Positions 1 through 10,055 of a DNA stretch of 64,000 bases are shown piece after piece. Origin of the DNA: Fidelibacterota bacterium. GTDB taxonomy: Bacteria; Fidelibacterota; Marinisomatia; Marinisomatales; TCS55. Numbering within the stretch: position 1 is the stretch's first letter; each line of letters starts with the position of its first letter. The notes beneath the pieces are model-generated. The model searched no databases. It was given only the letters and a program-made list of their open reading frames with translations, and was not told the origin of the DNA. The stretch spans positions 29,801 through 93,800 of the forward strand of contig JBHHTW010000006.1 of the NCBI GenBank assembly GCA_046861385.1, in the 5' to 3' direction. The translations under genes and the position numbers were made by a program.

Positions 1-506
1 ACCATTGTGAATGTGGCTAACCGAGGACTGATGTCTATTGTGTCTAATTCTCTTTTGGCTTCTTTTGTTTTAACCTGTTTTTTAGGGGAAGGTGCGGCTG
101 TTTTTTGCATGGGTGTGGGAACAGTATATTCCTGTGCTTTTTTGTTGCCCGGATCCCATTTTAAAATCAATTCCCATGTTTTTAAGATAGATGATTCTGC
201 TCTCTTTAGTTTAATTTGAACATCAACTAACGCTAAAGCCGCCTGTAAATGAACTGTGCCATTTGTCAATACTGCCTTCAGAGATTTTTCAGCATTGACA
301 TAATCTTTCAAAGATTGTTGAGCTTTCCCTAATACGAATAAACCATCAACGTTTTCCGGATGGTGTTCCAATCCTATTTCACAAACTTTTCTGGCTCTTA
401 CATAATCATCAATGATGAAATAATGATTTGCCAAAACAGGAAATAACACCGTTTCGAATTGTTCGGCAAAATGAAGTTCCAAGGCGGTACGGCTATTCAG
501 ATCCAT
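1..506 (-). CDS. TPR-like protein (partial, runs off window start)
   Basis: Absent from the ORF track; read manually from ATG at 506: MDLNSRTALELHFAEQFETVLFPVLANHYF...ARKVCEIGLEHHPENVDGLFVLGKA..., open to position 1; TPR-like helical pattern. Confidence 0.7.
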   Translation of the reverse strand, partial: MDLNSRTALELHFAEQFETVLFPVLANHYFIIDDYVRARKVCEIGLEHHPENVDGLFVLGKAQQSLKDYVNAEKSLKAVLTNGTVHLQAALALVDVQIKLKRAESSILKTWELILKWDPGNKKAQEYTVPTPMQKTAAPSPKKQVKTKEAKRELDTIDISPRLATFTM

Positions 507-509
507 GGA

Positions 510-914
510 TCAACGACGGTTGGATTGAATCCAGTCTGTAATATAATCGATGGTTTCCTGAACGGGTGTACCGGGTCCGAATAATTTACCTACACCGATT
601 TCAGCTAATGCTTCCATATCTTTTTTCGGAATAATACCGCCACCGGTGAGAAGAACATCATCTAATTCCTTCTCTTTCATCAGTTCCACTACCCTTGTGA
701 AAATAGTCATATGGGCATTATTGAGACTGGACAAGGCAATGACATCCACATCTTCCTGCAAAGAAGCAGAAACAATCATTTCCGGTGTTTGTCTCAGCCC
801 AAGGTAAATGACTTCCATCCCGGCATCACGATATGCAGATGCCAGAATTTTAATCCCTCGATCGTGGCCATCCAAACCAGGTTTGGCCATTAGAATTCTG
901 ATTTTTCTTTCCAT
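510..914 (-). CDS. Methylmalonyl-CoA mutase C-terminal-type cobalamin-binding domain protein (stand-alone)
   Basis: [11 protein letters not shown] (DxHxxG B12 motif), LSSL, GGGIIP, FGPGT. Confidence 0.92.
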   Translation of the reverse strand: MERKIRILMAKPGLDGHDRGIKILASAYRDAGMEVIYLGLRQTPEMIVSASLQEDVDVIALSSLNNAHMTIFTRVVELMKEKELDDVLLTGGGIIPKKDMEALAEIGVGKLFGPGTPVQETIDYITDWIQSNRR

Positions 915-974
915 TACATTCGACTTCTTATTGACAGAAAATTACGACGTTTGGTCGTTTCTTTTCAGGATTAA

Positions 975-1418
975 TCATTCTTTGCTGTTTAGAACAATGG
1001 TTACCGGTCCGTCGTTATCAATCTTTACATTCATCATGGCACCAAATTTTCCACATTGAACGGGAATGTTTTTGGATTCCAATCTCTTCATAAAATCTTC
1101 ATAGAGAGCCTCTCCTTTTTCAGGAGGTGCGGCTTGAATAAAACTGGGGCGGCGGCCCTTTCGCGTATCGGCACAAAGAGTGAACTGGCTTATCACCAAT
1201 GCGGATCCATTCACATCTTTAATCGATAGGTTCATTTTATCATTTTCATCGTTAAATATGCGAAGTACAGAAATTTTATCAGTGAGAAATTGACTATCTT
1301 GTTCTTTGTCATCAATCATGATGCCCAAAAGAATAACCAGTCCATGATTAATTTCCCCTATAGTTTGATGGTTAACAATCACTGATCCGGATGTAACACG
1401 CTGCAGAACAGCGATCAT
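975..1418 (-). CDS. dtd: D-aminoacyl-tRNA deacylase
   Basis: QRV, SQFTL, GRRPSF, NDGPVT motifs. Confidence 0.96.
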   Translation of the reverse strand: MIAVLQRVTSGSVIVNHQTIGEINHGLVILLGIMIDDKEQDSQFLTDKISVLRIFNDENDKMNLSIKDVNGSALVISQFTLCADTRKGRRPSFIQAAPPEKGEALYEDFMKRLESKNIPVQCGKFGAMMNVKIDNDGPVTIVLNSKE

Positions 1419-4400
1419 TTAGTCACCCACACATTCTCTTTCCCATAAACTTCTCGAAGCTTTTTTAAAAACTCGCGGCTGGAAGAAACGCGAGAATTGT
1501 GTGAAAAAATCTTTCGACCTTTTCCTTCTTTTGCTCCTATATGAAACATTAGACCGCAGTTGCCGTGATATTGTTGTACCAATGAAAATAGTGCGTCCAC
1601 TGTATCAGGAATCATTTGATCGGGTTCGAGTCGGATATTCACATGTTTTGAAAAGTAATCACGTGCATTATCCAATGAAACAATTTCATCGGCAATGATT
1701 TTTAAATCACTGAAATCAGATGTGTCCGTTGGTTTACCGCTTACAAAAACAATTTCGTCATTATCCAGTATATCTTTATATTTCTCGAATACACTGGCAA
1801 AAGCCAATACCTCAGCCTGACCGCCGAGGCACTCAAGCTTAAAAAATGCCATTTGGTTATTTTTGCGGTCAAAGTGTAATCTAAATTCCTGAATGCTCCC
1901 ACCCAAGCGCACATTGTCTAAGGTGATTTCCTCTACATTTTCAGTGAAATCATAATTACTAAATTCCTCTAAATCTTCGGCGTATTTTAATAGAGGATGG
2001 CCGGTTAAATAGAGGCCTAAAACGTCTTTTTCTTTTTGCAGTGATATGGTATCTGTCCAGGTTTCAGCCTTGATCAATTCGGGTGTCATGGCGTGATGAC
2101 CATTGGTTGCTGAACTGAATAAATCCTCCTGATTGCGATGTCGATTTTCCTGAATTTGCTGACCATATTTAAGTGCAATATCAATGGATTCAAATTTTTC
2201 TGCCCGCGTACCGCTCATGCTATCCATGGCACCTGCCATGATCAGGCTTTCTAATACTTTACGATTGACTGCTCTTAATTCTACATTTGAAGTAAAATCG
2301 AATAATGAATCAAATGTTTTTTTTGTATTTCTTGTTTCCAAAATATGCTCTAACGCCTTTGTCCCCACATTCTTGATGGCGTTCAGTCCGTAAGAAATTG
2401 TTTTATCATTCACCGGTTTAAAGTGAATATCAGAAATATTCACATCTGGTGCATCCACTTTTATTTTTAGCTTTCGGCATTCATTAATCAGAATAACGAT
2501 ACGGTCAATATTAGACATTTCACTGGTGAGGTTTGCGGCCATGAATTCAGCCGCATAGTATGTTTTTAGCCAAGCCGTTTGATATGCAACATACGCGTAG
2601 GCGGTGGAATGACTTTTGTTAAATCCATATTCAGCAAATTTTTCGATGAGGGCATAAATCTTTTCTGCTGCAAGACGGCTAATATTATTCTCCATCGCAC
2701 CATCAATAAATTTTAGTTTTAATTCCTCCATAAGTTCACGAATTTTCTTCCCCATTGCCCGGCGCATTATGTCTGCTTCGGCCAGTGAAAATCCTGCAAT
2801 CTCGTGAGCTATCTGCATTACCTGTTCCTGGTAAACGATAATACCGTATGTTTCCTTGAGGATATGCTCCATTGTGGGATGAAGATAAGTAATCTTTTTC
2901 TTTCCATGTTTTCGTTTGATAAAGTCATCAATATTTTCCATGGGACCCGGACGGTAAAGAGCATTCATGGCAATCAGATCTTCAATCTGGGTTGGTTTCA
3001 GTTTCTTCAAAAATTCCCGCATACCGGATGATTCAAACTGAAACACTCCTATGGTCATCCCTTTGGCAAATAATTTGTACACGTTTTCATCGTCCATAGG
3101 AATTTTGTTTATGTCTACTTTAACATTTCGCTCTCCCAATAATTTTAATGTATGATCAATGACCGTTAAGTTCCTCAAACCCAGAAAATCCATTTTCAAT
3201 AAACCCAGATCTTCCAAACCTTTCATATCATATTGGGATGTGATATCACCGGTACTGGACTTAAAGAGAGGTGTATAATCTGTTAAATCTCCGGGTGTGA
3301 TTACAACGCCGGCTGCGTGAGTAGAGGCATGACGATTCATCCCTTCCAGCGTTAAGGCGTGATCCACAAGTTCTTTATATTGACTATCAGCGGCTTCTCG
3401 CAACGCCGGGCTCTGTTCCAAAGCTTGTTTTAGTGTGACAAAAGGTCCGGCGGGAATCATTTTTGCGATTTTATCTACTTCACCAAATGAAAATCCAAGA
3501 ACACGTCCGACATCCCGAATAGCCTGACGCGCTTTCATTTTTCCAAAGGTAATAATTTGAGTTACAGAATTTTCACCATATTGTTTTTTTATATAATCGA
3601 TAACTTCACCACGGCGTTCGATACAAAAGTCTATGTCAATATCCGGCATACTGATACGTTCCGGATTTAAAAACCTCTCAAAAAGCAGTCCGTGTTTCAG
3701 CGGATCAATCGTTGTTATATCAAGTGCAAAAGAAACCAAACTTCCCGCTGCTGATCCACGTCCGGGGCCAACCGGTATATTATTATCTTTAGCATATTTT
3801 ACAAAATCCCTTGTAATCAAAAAATAACCGGCAAATCCCATTTGTTTAATGACATTCAATTCGTGGGTTAATCGCGATTGGAGTTCCGGGGTAATGCCCC
3901 CGTACAAATTGCGAACACCCTCTTCGCATAAATTTTGGAGATAATCGTCCGGATTACTGGACGGCGCATCTGGGGGAATCGGAAACATTGGCAAATGATA
4001 ATTCCCCATGGGTAGCTCCAAATCGATACTGTCCGCTATTTTTCGGGTATTTTCCATCGCTCCTGGATAATTTTTAAATAATTTATACATATCATCCTGC
4101 GATTTAAAATAGAATTCGGGCGTTGCATACCGCAGACGGTTTGGGTCATCTCGTTCTTTACCCGTCCCCAGGCAAATATGAATATCATGAGCTTCCCAGT
4201 GATCGTGTACCGCATAGTGTGCATCGTTTGTAGCTACAAGGGGCAAGTTCAACTCTTTCGCCAGCTTGGTAATAAGTTCTATATTTCTTGCTTCGGCATC
4301 AATACCATGATTTTGAATTTCTAAATAGTATCTTCCAGGGAACATTTCCGCAAACTCCAAAGCAGCGGCCTTGGCGCCCTCCCAGTCTCCATTCACTAGC

Positions 4401-4846
4401 TTTTCAGGAATTTCTCCTTTTAAGCACCCGGATGAACATATTAACCCTTCGCTGTGTTGTTTCAGCAATTCTTTATCAATCCGCGGACGATAATAAAACC
4501 CTTCTAGATAACCGAACGTCACCAATTTCATCAGATTGCGGTACCCAGCATAATTTTGTGCTAGAAGTACGAGGTGATTATTCCCCCAGCCTCCTTCAGA
4601 CCGTGGTTTCTTATCAAAACGGCTGCCATGAGCAACGTAGATTTCACATCCTATAATGGGTTTAACACCTTTTTTCATCGCCGATTTATAATAAGGTATG
4701 GCGCTGAACATATTGCCATGCTCAGTCAAAGCTACAGAATCCATTCCCAAATCATCAATAGTATTCACCAGCGTCTGGACGGTTTGTGCGCCGTCTAAGA
4801 GACTGTAATCAGAATGGTTGTGTAAATGGACGAATTCAGTTGACAT
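1415..4846 (-). CDS. dnaE: DNA polymerase III alpha subunit
   Basis: PHP domain HLHNHSDYSLLDG, GPGRGSAAGS, MPDIDIDF, KMDFLGL, YGFNKSH. Confidence 0.98.
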   Translation of the reverse strand: MSTEFVHLHNHSDYSLLDGAQTVQTLVNTIDDLGMDSVALTEHGNMFSAIPYYKSAMKKGVKPIIGCEIYVAHGSRFDKKPRSEGGWGNNHLVLLAQNYAGYRNLMKLVTFGYLEGFYYRPRIDKELLKQHSEGLICSSGCLKGEIPEKLVNGDWEGAKAAALEFAEMFPGRYYLEIQNHGIDAEARNIELITKLAKELNLPLVATNDAHYAVHDHWEAHDIHICLGTGKERDDPNRLRYATPEFYFKSQDDMYKLFKNYPGAMENTRKIADSIDLELPMGNYHLPMFPIPPDAPSSNPDDYLQNLCEEGVRNLYGGITPELQSRLTHELNVIKQMGFAGYFLITRDFVKYAKDNNIPVGPGRGSAAGSLVSFALDITTIDPLKHGLLFERFLNPERISMPDIDIDFCIERRGEVIDYIKKQYGENSVTQIITFGKMKARQAIRDVGRVLGFSFGEVDKIAKMIPAGPFVTLKQALEQSPALREAADSQYKELVDHALTLEGMNRHASTHAAGVVITPGDLTDYTPLFKSSTGDITSQYDMKGLEDLGLLKMDFLGLRNLTVIDHTLKLLGERNVKVDINKIPMDDENVYKLFAKGMTIGVFQFESSGMREFLKKLKPTQIEDLIAMNALYRPGPMENIDDFIKRKHGKKKITYLHPTMEHILKETYGIIVYQEQVMQIAHEIAGFSLAEADIMRRAMGKKIRELMEELKLKFIDGAMENNISRLAAEKIYALIEKFAEYGFNKSHSTAYAYVAYQTAWLKTYYAAEFMAANLTSEMSNIDRIVILINECRKLKIKVDAPDVNISDIHFKPVNDKTISYGLNAIKNVGTKALEHILETRNTKKTFDSLFDFTSNVELRAVNRKVLESLIMAGAMDSMSGTRAEKFESIDIALKYGQQIQENRHRNQEDLFSSATNGHHAMTPELIKAETWTDTISLQKEKDVLGLYLTGHPLLKYAEDLEEFSNYDFTENVEEITLDNVRLGGSIQEFRLHFDRKNNQMAFFKLECLGGQAEVLAFASVFEKYKDILDNDEIVFVSGKPTDTSDFSDLKIIADEIVSLDNARDYFSKHVNIRLEPDQMIPDTVDALFSLVQQYHGNCGLMFHIGAKEGKGRKIFSHNSRVSSSREFLKKLREVYGKENVWVTK

Positions 4847-5681
4847 AGTTATCTATAAAAAAAGCCAGTAATCCTGCAATTGTACTGAATTTTAATACCT
4901 CGGAAAATCGTTTTGCCTGTTTAATTTCAGGCGATTTCAGAAACGAAAATACGATCATTGCCAATGGTATTTCCACACCTAAAACAAGAATAATCAAATA
5001 TAAGAGTCCATAATATCCCAAGATAAAGGGAATCGGTGATCCCAGCCCAATAATAAATGCAGCGGTGATGGTAATGTAACCTGATTTACGCATTCCAAAT
5101 TTTACAGGAAACGTGTTCAGTCCGGCTTTTGTATCTCCTTCAATGTCCGCCATATCTTTTACGAGTTCCCGGACAAATGTGAGTCCAAATGCTAATAGTG
5201 CAGGAATAATCATCGGTTCTATATTATTAAAGGCTGCCCCGGCAAAAATAAATGCTAATCCCAAAATCAATGCTATTGATGCATTTCCTATTAAGGGTGT
5301 TCCTTTCAGGCTCCCACTGTAAATAATCATAATAGGCATTGAAATTCCGATAGCGATGACACGAGCAATCATTGGTAAACCAAAAGCGAATATACTCCCA
5401 GCCACAAAAAGAATAACAGCCAAGGACATGGCTGTTTTAATTTTTACATGCCCCGTAACCAAAGGTCGTTTGGGCCGATTTACTGTATCTGCTTTGTAAT
5501 CTTTTACATCGTTGTATGCATTGGCAGCGGCATTGTAACACACCACAACACCAATCGTTATTAACAATGTTTTCGTTTCATAAAAACTATCTAATATACC
5601 AGCGCTGACTACCATAGCAAACCCACTGGTCAATAAATTCAACGGACGCAATAGTTGAATATGCCACCAGATAAAATTCAT
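4836..5681 (-). CDS. UbiA-family prenyltransferase, DGGGP synthase-like
   Basis: LLRPLN, NDVKDYKADTVNRPKRPL, RELVKDMADIEGD, TFPV; multiple TM helices. Confidence 0.85.
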   Translation of the reverse strand: MNFIWWHIQLLRPLNLLTSGFAMVVSAGILDSFYETKTLLITIGVVVCYNAAANAYNDVKDYKADTVNRPKRPLVTGHVKIKTAMSLAVILFVAGSIFAFGLPMIARVIAIGISMPIMIIYSGSLKGTPLIGNASIALILGLAFIFAGAAFNNIEPMIIPALLAFGLTFVRELVKDMADIEGDTKAGLNTFPVKFGMRKSGYITITAAFIIGLGSPIPFILGYYGLLYLIILVLGVEIPLAMIVFSFLKSPEIKQAKRFSEVLKFSTIAGLLAFFIDNYVN

Positions 5682-6541
5682 TTTACCTGCACTTTTAATA
5701 TTCGACTATCTCCATTAAAATCAGATATAAATTTTATTTGTTCAAAATCATTGGTTTGAAAATATTCACCTGCTTTTTGGGGATGATCCTCGAGACCAAC
5801 TTCCATAATCAGCCAGCCATTGGGACGGACCCATTTCTTCGCTTCCTTGGCTAAATGTCTATAAAATGTGAGACCGTCACGATGATCTGTAAGCGCCTGA
5901 TGGGGTTCATACCCTCGAACTTCCTTCATGATAGTATCCATTTCATCTTGGGGAATATACGGTGGGTTCATCAGTAACCCATTATAGATCGGTTCCAAAG
6001 GATGATAATTTAAAAAATCAGATTCATTGAATTTCACGTTTGATACTTTATTCAATGCTGCATTCTCTTCTGCGATTGCCAAACTTTTTAATGAGATATC
6101 TAATCCGTCTAATATTGAATGGAATAATTCGGCAGCAACTGATATAGCTATACATCCTGATCCGGTTCCAATATCAACCAATCGTGGATGTTCAAATTCT
6201 TGAAATGTATAGAGGGCAACATCTACCAAACGTTCTGTTTCCTGTCTGGGGATTAATACGTCTTTGGTCACCTTAAATCGTCTTCCGTAAAATTCTGTCC
6301 ATCCGGTGATATATTGCGCCGGTTCGCCGGATGAGCGTCTTTTAACCCATTGTTTAAAAATAATCTCTTGTTCTTTGGAAATCTGAAAATCGATTAACTG
6401 AAGTTCTGAAAGTTTACAATTAAGTAGTGAGGATAAAAGCCATTTTGCCTCTTGTTGTGGATCATCAACATGTGACGACAATTGATTCGCTGACCAATCC
6501 AGCCAATATTTGATTTGATTGTCTATTGGAACCGGGACCAT
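5678..6541 (-). CDS. prmC: Release factor glutamine methyltransferase
   Basis: GEPAQYI, LIPRQETE, DIGTGSG, NPPY; directly downstream of prfA. Confidence 0.95.
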   Translation of the reverse strand: MVPVPIDNQIKYWLDWSANQLSSHVDDPQQEAKWLLSSLLNCKLSELQLIDFQISKEQEIIFKQWVKRRSSGEPAQYITGWTEFYGRRFKVTKDVLIPRQETERLVDVALYTFQEFEHPRLVDIGTGSGCIAISVAAELFHSILDGLDISLKSLAIAEENAALNKVSNVKFNESDFLNYHPLEPIYNGLLMNPPYIPQDEMDTIMKEVRGYEPHQALTDHRDGLTFYRHLAKEAKKWVRPNGWLIMEVGLEDHPQKAGEYFQTNDFEQIKFISDFNGDSRILKVQVK

Positions 6542-7602
6542 CAGTCCCCCGCTAATAGCTCCTGTTGTTCTGCAAGTTTTAATTGCTCAATCAGTTCTTT
6601 AATATTGCCATTCAATACTTCTTCCAAATTATACGCTGTATAATTGATTCGATGATCTGTAATTCGTCCTTGTGAATAATTATATGTACGGATTTTTGCC
6701 GAACGGTCGCCCGTGGATACCATAGATTTCCGGACATCAGCCCTCTCTTGCGCCAACCGCTCTTGTTCTTGCGCCAATAATCTTGAACGCAACACTTTCA
6801 TTGCCAATAAACGATTTTGATGCTGAGATTTTTCATCCTGGCATGATACAACCAAACCCGATGGCAGATGGGTAATGCGTATGGCAGATTCTGTTTTATT
6901 CACATGCTGACCACCCGCGCCACTGGCGCGGAAGGTATCAATTTTTAAGTCATTTTCATTAATCTCCACTTCTGCTTCTTCAGCTTCAGGCAAAACGGCT
7001 ACGGTGGCAGCTGATGTATGCACACGCCCGCCAGCTTCGGTCTTTGGAACACGCTGAACACGGTGTACACCGCTCTCATATTTCATAAATCCAAAGGCGC
7101 CTTTACCCGTGATGGAAAAAATGATTTCCTTATAACCACCAATTCCTGTTTCATTTACATTCATCACTTCGCTCAACCAATTGTTTCGTTCTGCATAGTG
7201 GGTATACATGCGATATAAGTCTGCTGCAAACAGAGCCGCTTCCTCGCCGCCGGTTCCCGCACGAATTTCAACTATCGTATTCTTATTATCATTTGGGTTT
7301 TTGGGCAACAACAATGTTTTAAGTTCTTCTTCTAATAATTTTTTCTGTCCCCTCAATTCAGACAATTCCTCCTGGGCAATCTCTTTCAGGTCTGTTTCAT
7401 CGCTTAATAGAATTTCTTCATCGTCTTCAATTTGTCGGATAACAGATAAATATTCTTCCCCCTTATTTACAATAGCAGATAATTGACTGTGTTCTTGGGC
7501 CGTTACTCGTAACATGTCTTGATTGGTCATCACAGCTGTTTCGGTTAATAACCGACCCAATTCATTATACCGGGCGATAACTTTTTCGATTTTATCCTTC
7601 AT
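6541..7602 (-). CDS. prfA: Peptide chain release factor 1
   Basis: [16 protein letters not shown] (PxT), GAGGQHVN. Confidence 0.97.
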   Translation of the reverse strand: MKDKIEKVIARYNELGRLLTETAVMTNQDMLRVTAQEHSQLSAIVNKGEEYLSVIRQIEDDEEILLSDETDLKEIAQEELSELRGQKKLLEEELKTLLLPKNPNDNKNTIVEIRAGTGGEEAALFAADLYRMYTHYAERNNWLSEVMNVNETGIGGYKEIIFSITGKGAFGFMKYESGVHRVQRVPKTEAGGRVHTSAATVAVLPEAEEAEVEINENDLKIDTFRASGAGGQHVNKTESAIRITHLPSGLVVSCQDEKSQHQNRLLAMKVLRSRLLAQEQERLAQERADVRKSMVSTGDRSAKIRTYNYSQGRITDHRINYTAYNLEEVLNGNIKELIEQLKLAEQQELLAGD

Positions 7603-8561
7603 TAGATAGCATCGGCCATATATTTTTTACCTGCCATTTTATTATATTGATCGCCAAAGGCATTTTTTAAGGCGGTAATCGCCACTTCAATCATATCATC
7701 ATCCGGCGGTTGAGTGGTAATCCTCTGCAGCCATAATCCTGGAGCCCTCAACGCATGAAAAAACAGATTTTTATCCTTACGAGCTGTGAGTTTAATAATT
7801 TCATAGGATACACCGGCAACGATTGGCATAAGGGGTAAATGAAATGCAATGCGATAAAATATGGTAATTTCGCCCATTATGGCTATAATGATTGTATCAA
7901 TCAAAGCAAAGACAAGGATAGCTGATAACAAAACAATGAAAAGGAAACTGGTTCCGCAACGAGGGTGGTAGGTTGGAAATGATTGGGCATTTTCAATAGT
8001 AACATTTTTCCCCGACTCAAAATTGAATACCACGCGGTGTTCTGCGCCATGATAGCGAAAAAGACGCTTCACATCTTTCATCATAGAAATAGCTAATAAA
8101 TACAAAATGAAAAATGAGATGCGAAAACACCCTGAAATCAAATTAAAAAATAAGGCATCTCTCTCTATATCCATTAACCATGTTGTAATCCACAAAGGAG
8201 CGACAACAAACATCCCAATCGCAAAGCCAATCGCAAATAACATTGAAAGTGAATTTGACAGTTTTCCGGGTTTTTTATCGGCTTCATCCGGCATGGCAAT
8301 ATCCGCGGACCATTGCAAAGTGGACATACCCATTTTCATAGATTCGAATAAAGCCATGATTCCCCTTAACACAGGCCATTTCCAGAAGGACGATGATTCC
8401 ACTTGAGAAATGAATGCATGTTTATCTATATGCATCTTACCCTCTGGATCACGTACAGCTGTAGCATATGCGCCCGGAACACGCATCATCACTCCTTCGA
8501 TGACGGCTTGCCCGCCAACAAGAATGGACGGTTTCATGAATGCGATTAGCAATTGTTTCAT
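7602..8561 (-). CDS. DUF1385 (YqhQ-like) membrane protein, putative metallopeptidase
   Basis: [25 protein letters not shown]; usual rpmE-DUF1385-prfA synteny; start uncertain (8567, 8561 or 8537). Confidence 0.9.
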   Translation of the reverse strand: MKQLLIAFMKPSILVGGQAVIEGVMMRVPGAYATAVRDPEGKMHIDKHAFISQVESSSFWKWPVLRGIMALFESMKMGMSTLQWSADIAMPDEADKKPGKLSNSLSMLFAIGFAIGMFVVAPLWITTWLMDIERDALFFNLISGCFRISFFILYLLAISMMKDVKRLFRYHGAEHRVVFNFESGKNVTIENAQSFPTYHPRCGTSFLFIVLLSAILVFALIDTIIIAIMGEITIFYRIAFHLPLMPIVAGVSYEIIKLTARKDKNLFFHALRAPGLWLQRITTQPPDDDMIEVAITALKNAFGDQYNKMAGKKYMADAI

Positions 8562-8565
8562 AGAC

Positions 8566-8607
8566 AAAAAATTGGCTCCGTGCAGGAAATTCCTGTCTCC
8601 GGAGCCA
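8566..8607 (-). terminator. Intrinsic terminator-like hairpin after rpmE
   Basis: Minus strand TGGCTCCG...CGGAGCCA stem with inner CAGGAA/TTCCTG, followed by ATTTTTT. Confidence 0.55.
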
Positions 8608-8625
8608 TCATATGTTTATAATAAG

Positions 8626-8832
8626 TTACCGGGTGGTTTTAGCGTATTTCGCCTTAAACTTTTCGATACGTCCGGCTGTATCTACCAACTTTTGTTTTCC
8701 TGAGAAAAACGGGTGGCAAACCGAACAGATATCAAGACGCTGATCTCCAACAGTACTGTACACTTCGAATGAATGACCGCAAGCGCAATGTACTTTGCCA
8801 AGTTTATATTCGGGATGGATTCCCTGTTTCAT
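8626..8832 (-). CDS. rpmE: 50S ribosomal protein L31 (Zn-binding type)
   Basis: [27 protein letters not shown]. Confidence 0.97.
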   Translation of the reverse strand: MKQGIHPEYKLGKVHCACGHSFEVYSTVGDQRLDICSVCHPFFSGKQKLVDTAGRIEKFKAKYAKTTR

Positions 8833-8846
8833 AATAAAACTCCTTA

Positions 8847-10055
8847 TTAATTCAATTGTTTTAATGCGTATGCTACTTTGGATATGCCTCTTCGAATTGT
8901 ATCCCTATCCGTAGCGCACGAAAATCTTATATGCCCTGGCGCTCCGAAACCGTCCCCGGGAACGGTCACCACAGACCCAGAATTTAATATATATCCACTC
9001 AGATCGAAAGAATCCTGAATAATTTTACCATTGATCTTTTTTCCGATATAATGAGACATATTTGGAAATGTATAAAATGCGCCACCGGGGATTGCACAGG
9101 AAACGCCAGGAATTTCATTCAATAAACCCACCATTAAATCGCGGCGTTTTTTAAACTTCAACCTCATTTCCTCCACAGGTCGTTGATCACCGGTTAATGC
9201 TGCAATGGCAGCACGCTGACCTATGGAATTCGCACAGGATGTTGCCTGACCTTGAACCTTGCTCATGGCTTTAATGATCGCCTGCTCTCCCGCTGCATAT
9301 CCAATTCGCCAACCTGTCATGGCGTAGGTTTTTGAAAGACTCATACATGTGATTACTCTTGCGCCAATATTATGATCACGATTCAATTTTTCGGCGCTGA
9401 TAAATCCTCCATCAAAAATCAGTCGTTCATAACATTCGTCTGAAATCACAGTCCAATCACGGTTTGCTGCAATATTTAACAGCCTCATTAGTGCTTCCGA
9501 GCTCCACACTCCCCCGGTTGGATTAGATGGGGAATTAACAATGACACCTTTAATATTTTCCGTGGTTTTCTTTTCCAAATCATTGAAATCTACTTCAAAT
9601 TGCTTTTGGGAAAGCGTATTTACGATGATGGGTTCAGCATCTGCCAACCGTACAAATTCAGGAAACGATACCCAGTACGGTGTAAAAATAACCACTTCAT
9701 CACCTTGATCAAATAAAACTTGACAGGCGTTGTACAGGCTTTGTTTTTCACCATTTGAAACCAGAATTTCGTTTGGAATATATTCCAAACCGTTTTCCCT
9801 TTTTAATTTCTCACAAATCGCCTGGCGGAGTTCAATCATGCCGGAGCCAGCTGTATACTTTGTATATCCGTCGTCCATTGCTTTTTTCCCAGCCTCGATG
9901 ATATGATCCGGTGTATTAAAATCGGGCTCTCCTACGCTGAAGTTGATTACGTCAATGCCTTGAAATCGCATTTCAGCTGCCTTTGAAGCCATTTCCAGAG
10001 TATACGAAGGCTTCACCCGTGAAACGCGTTTTGCGAACTTGAGTTGAGATGTCAT
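8847..10055 (-). CDS. PLP-dependent aminotransferase class I (aspartate aminotransferase-like)
   Basis: [33 protein letters not shown]. Confidence 0.93.
   Translation of the reverse strand: MTSQLKFAKRVSRVKPSYTLEMASKAAEMRFQGIDVINFSVGEPDFNTPDHIIEAGKKAMDDGYTKYTAGSGMIELRQAICEKLKRENGLEYIPNEILVSNGEKQSLYNACQVLFDQGDEVVIFTPYWVSFPEFVRLADAEPIIVNTLSQKQFEVDFNDLEKKTTENIKGVIVNSPSNPTGGVWSSEALMRLLNIAANRDWTVISDECYERLIFDGGFISAEKLNRDHNIGARVITCMSLSKTYAMTGWRIGYAAGEQAIIKAMSKVQGQATSCANSIGQRAAIAALTGDQRPVEEMRLKFKKRRDLMVGLLNEIPGVSCAIPGGAFYTFPNMSHYIGKKINGKIIQDSFDLSGYILNSGSVVTVPGDGFGAPGHIRFSCATDRDTIRRGISKVAYALKQLN

Noticed and set aside
1415-4846. Intein or split in dnaE
   Set aside because: Normal length and continuous motifs.
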